A stretch of DNA of 63,318 bases, counting the filler, from Vannella sp. (Eukaryota), in assembly GCA_023345925.1 (NCBI GenBank). It is 6 parts of 6 records of this genome, joined end to end, with 100 filler letters (N's around TTAATTAATTAA, not from the genome) between each part and the next. Parts side by side here need not be neighbours in the genome. Positions count along the whole stretch, not along the records: positions 56,099 to 63,318 come from JAJQQN010000867.1; 5 more parts are not named here. The stretch is one strand, 5' to 3'. Each line of letters starts with the position of its first letter. Position 1 is the stretch's first letter. The notes under the pieces are model-generated. The model saw only the letters and a program-made list of their open reading frames with translations, searched no databases and was not told the origin of the DNA. Below, piece by piece: positions 60,909-63,318 of the stretch. The translations under genes were made by a program, and so were the position numbers.

Positions 60909-61964
60909 ATGAAAAGGTCATTCGCGTCGATCCTGATGGATTGGGACCACTTTTTCAACGGAGGCCAGCGGGCGTTTGGCGGGATGCCTCCTCGTTGGAA
61001 GCAGCTGGGGCGGTTGGTGGGATCGAGGTTGATGTTGTTGTTGATCGTTTGTATTCTACTCGCCATGTGCTCGATGGTACTGTCGTGGGAAGCTCTGCCG
61101 TTGTACCCTCGGTATACAGATGAGGGGGATCTTCTTCATAGCACTGAGTATCAGATTGCTCTGAACCCCAAAGAGGACTGGCAGGATCGAGAAGCTATGA
61201 TCGCACGTTGGATCAACTCTATCAACAGCCAAAGCAAGTACATCCGCCTTGTACGAGAAGAAGGAGCGGACGAGATCTACTATCAACACTTTATCGAGCC
61301 GGGCGGGCCTCGCTTTTGCAACCAAGAGGGCTCTCTCGTTCGCTACCGCTACTTTAGCCAATCAAACTCGACTCAGCTCACGCTAAAGGGACCGAGTTTG
61401 GTCTACCCCTCCCAAGCTTGCCCTCTCCCCTTCTGGCCAGCCCAGCGCTTCATGCAAGGGGCTGAACAAAAGTGTGAAGAAGACTATCATCCATGCTTTG
61501 ACAAGTTCTCACGGGCCACCACGATCACGATGCCAGGGAATCCCCAAATCACAACTTGCAGAGACCTCGCTGAGTACTTCCCTGCTGCCTTCCAGGGCCT
61601 ATCACAGAAGAAGCTTAAAGCAACACCATTACAAAGATCGTTCTGCCGCTGGTGGCGAACGAAATGGAACGGAATAGTGGGCAAACGAACGCATTTTGCC
61701 GTCACCTTTGGCATCCGCTATTGCGCCAAAACAGCGCAAATTGAGGCCGACCACTTTCCCATCATTGAAGGCGAGTGGTCCCTGAGGACCTTTGTACCTA
61801 CTGGTGAGCTTTGGGAGCGGAAAGTCGACAAAGATTTCCGGGATCTCTTTTACTCTCTGACTTTGGAGTACGATGTGTATCCAGAGCATTCTATCTGCGC
61901 CAAGCAGTACCGCAAAGGGGAGTCCCTCCCTCGAATAGGCGGATTTCAGAAGAACTTTGAATAA
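60909..61964 (+). CDS. Uncharacterised type II membrane protein, paralog 2 (CYTH-like)
   Basis: TM; EYQIALNPK, VRYR, TQLTLK, PFWP, QKCEEDYHPCFDKFSR, GEWSLR. Confidence 0.85.
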   Translation: MKRSFASILMDWDHFFNGGQRAFGGMPPRWKQLGRLVGSRLMLLLIVCILLAMCSMVLSWEALPLYPRYTDEGDLLHSTEYQIALNPKEDWQDREAMIARWINSINSQSKYIRLVREEGADEIYYQHFIEPGGPRFCNQEGSLVRYRYFSQSNSTQLTLKGPSLVYPSQACPLPFWPAQRFMQGAEQKCEEDYHPCFDKFSRATTITMPGNPQITTCRDLAEYFPAAFQGLSQKKLKATPLQRSFCRWWRTKWNGIVGKRTHFAVTFGIRYCAKTAQIEADHFPIIEGEWSLRTFVPTGELWERKVDKDFRDLFYSLTLEYDVYPEHSICAKQYRKGESLPRIGGFQKNFE

Positions 61965-62224
61965 CACTCTTCAGAAGAAAGTCTTTCAAAAAGCCTTCCA
62001 GTGCAATCGTTCCCCAATCCAAACATGAAGAAAGGCTTTGTTAGTCTCCCTGTACTCTCCACACTCTGATCTGGGGTGAGTGAATGAGTGCGTTCTCGAA
62101 TCCCTTTTGGGAAGGCTCTTGAACTTGGTCCACTTGAAGATGCAGGGTCTGAGTGGGCTACCCAAAGCACTTCTAGTGAAAGCAGATGAATCAATGAATG
62201 GGCGGGAAGCAAAGGGATCATTTA

Positions 62225-63313
62225 ATGCTGGGATCGGGGTTGGGGCGGGTTCGGGACCCGATCGAGGTGAGGTGCGGGCTCTGCGAATTTGAGATCTACT
62301 CGCTTTCGGAGTTCGTAAGATGGTTGGATTGGGTGACAAGTAGCAGAGAGAGGATCTTGCGGGTGTACACGGTGCTTCTTTCGCTGTTCCTGCTTTGGTT
62401 CGTTGTTTGCGTGTTCAGTTTGGAGAGCTTCTCGAGGCCAGACTACTTTAAGCCTAACGATCTCATTCATACAATGGAGTATCAGATCGCCCTCAACCCC
62501 AAGGAAGACTGGGGCGCTGACAGAGAGGGAATGATCAGCCGTTGGATCGATAGCATGAACAATCACAGCTCCCTACTCACTCTAACACGAGAAGATGCTT
62601 CTGAAACCATATTCCAACAGTATCACATGCTTGGATACGTCTGCGACCTTCCAGGAGCGAACATACGAGTGCGCTACTACTGGAATACCAACACTACAGT
62701 CATCGGCATCAAGAGCTCTGGCATTGGAGTGAAGAACTGGGAGTGCTCCCTCCCATACTGGCCTTCTGAAGATCTCTTACAACGCTCTCGCCAGAAGTGC
62801 GAAGAAGACTACCATCCATGCTTCAACAAATTCACTCGAGGCACTTCCGTCCGCTTTCCTGGTCAGAAGCCGTTAGATACTTGCCAAGACCTCGTAGACA
62901 TCTTTCCTGGAGCCTTTAGAAACATCCCTGAGCAACACCTGGAGAGGTACATTCGAGTGAGAAAGTATTGCAATTGGTGGCAGTTAAAGTGGAAAGGAGT
63001 TCTGGGCAAATGGACCAGTTATGACATTACCTTTGATGTGCGCTACTGTGCTAGTGCATCGATGATAGAAAGCGGAACGTTTCCGATTGTGAACGGAGAA
63101 TGGTCGCTTCGGTCGTTCTCTGAAGATGGCCAACCTTGGGAGAAGGACGTTCTCCAGGACCTGCGTGATTTGTTTTATCACTTGGTACTGGAATATGATG
63201 AGTATGTCGACCACAAAACCTGTGCCGAACAACATTTTGGTGGAAAACGCATCCGGATGATTGGAGGCCAGAATAAGGAATACGAAGAAGACTATCAAGA
63301 TGTCGATGTCTGA
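62225..63313 (+). CDS. Uncharacterised type II membrane protein, paralog 3 (CYTH-like); start uncertain
   Basis: TM; EYQIALNPK, IRVR, TVIGIK, PYWP, QKCEEDYHPCFNKFTR, GEWSLR. Confidence 0.85.
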   Translation: MLGSGLGRVRDPIEVRCGLCEFEIYSLSEFVRWLDWVTSSRERILRVYTVLLSLFLLWFVVCVFSLESFSRPDYFKPNDLIHTMEYQIALNPKEDWGADREGMISRWIDSMNNHSSLLTLTREDASETIFQQYHMLGYVCDLPGANIRVRYYWNTNTTVIGIKSSGIGVKNWECSLPYWPSEDLLQRSRQKCEEDYHPCFNKFTRGTSVRFPGQKPLDTCQDLVDIFPGAFRNIPEQHLERYIRVRKYCNWWQLKWKGVLGKWTSYDITFDVRYCASASMIESGTFPIVNGEWSLRSFSEDGQPWEKDVLQDLRDLFYHLVLEYDEYVDHKTCAEQHFGGKRIRMIGGQNKEYEEDYQDVDV

Positions 63314-63318
63314 CCTCC

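Overview
Eukaryotic, very gene-dense protist DNA in the standard genetic code, with short GT-AG introns of about 40-65 nt. The gene set (multidomain Roco kinase, SepA/Cdc15-like kinase, VPS13B, AP-4 sigma) suggests an amoebozoan-like organism; this is an inference. The window is six contigs joined by artificial 100-nt linkers (N44-TTAATTAATTAA-N44), so adjacency across linkers is meaningless. Contig 1 (1-13511): a TIR-bounded MITE-like element, two decayed Crinkler/REase-like genes, a giant Roco gene with apparently inactive RhoGAP and myotubularin domains, cytochrome b5, telomere-like repeats and an intron-containing fragment of a plant-type gnd. Contig 2: a secreted Gly-rich/Ser-repeat protein, a candidate C/D snoRNA, Pin1, a conserved unknown protein, a FEX fluoride channel and three adjacent Golgi-type enzymes. 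Contig 3: SepA-like kinase with ENWDDDF repeats, ATAD3, ZCCHC10 and a Trm112/preY fragment. Contig 4: VPS13B, BAG1-like, DHHC, a hidden small 2-TM gene, AP4S1 and FDXR. Contig 5: USP22-like and USP40-like genes head-to-head, roadblock, bacterial-like ArgE and a furin-repeat protein. Contig 6: Cut8/Sts1, BI-1, a PQ-loop protein and a tandem triplet of uncharacterised type II membrane proteins with 8 conserved Cys and CYTH/triphosphate-tunnel-like motifs, which is the best novelty candidate. All family calls come from motif recognition by eye; no searches were run.
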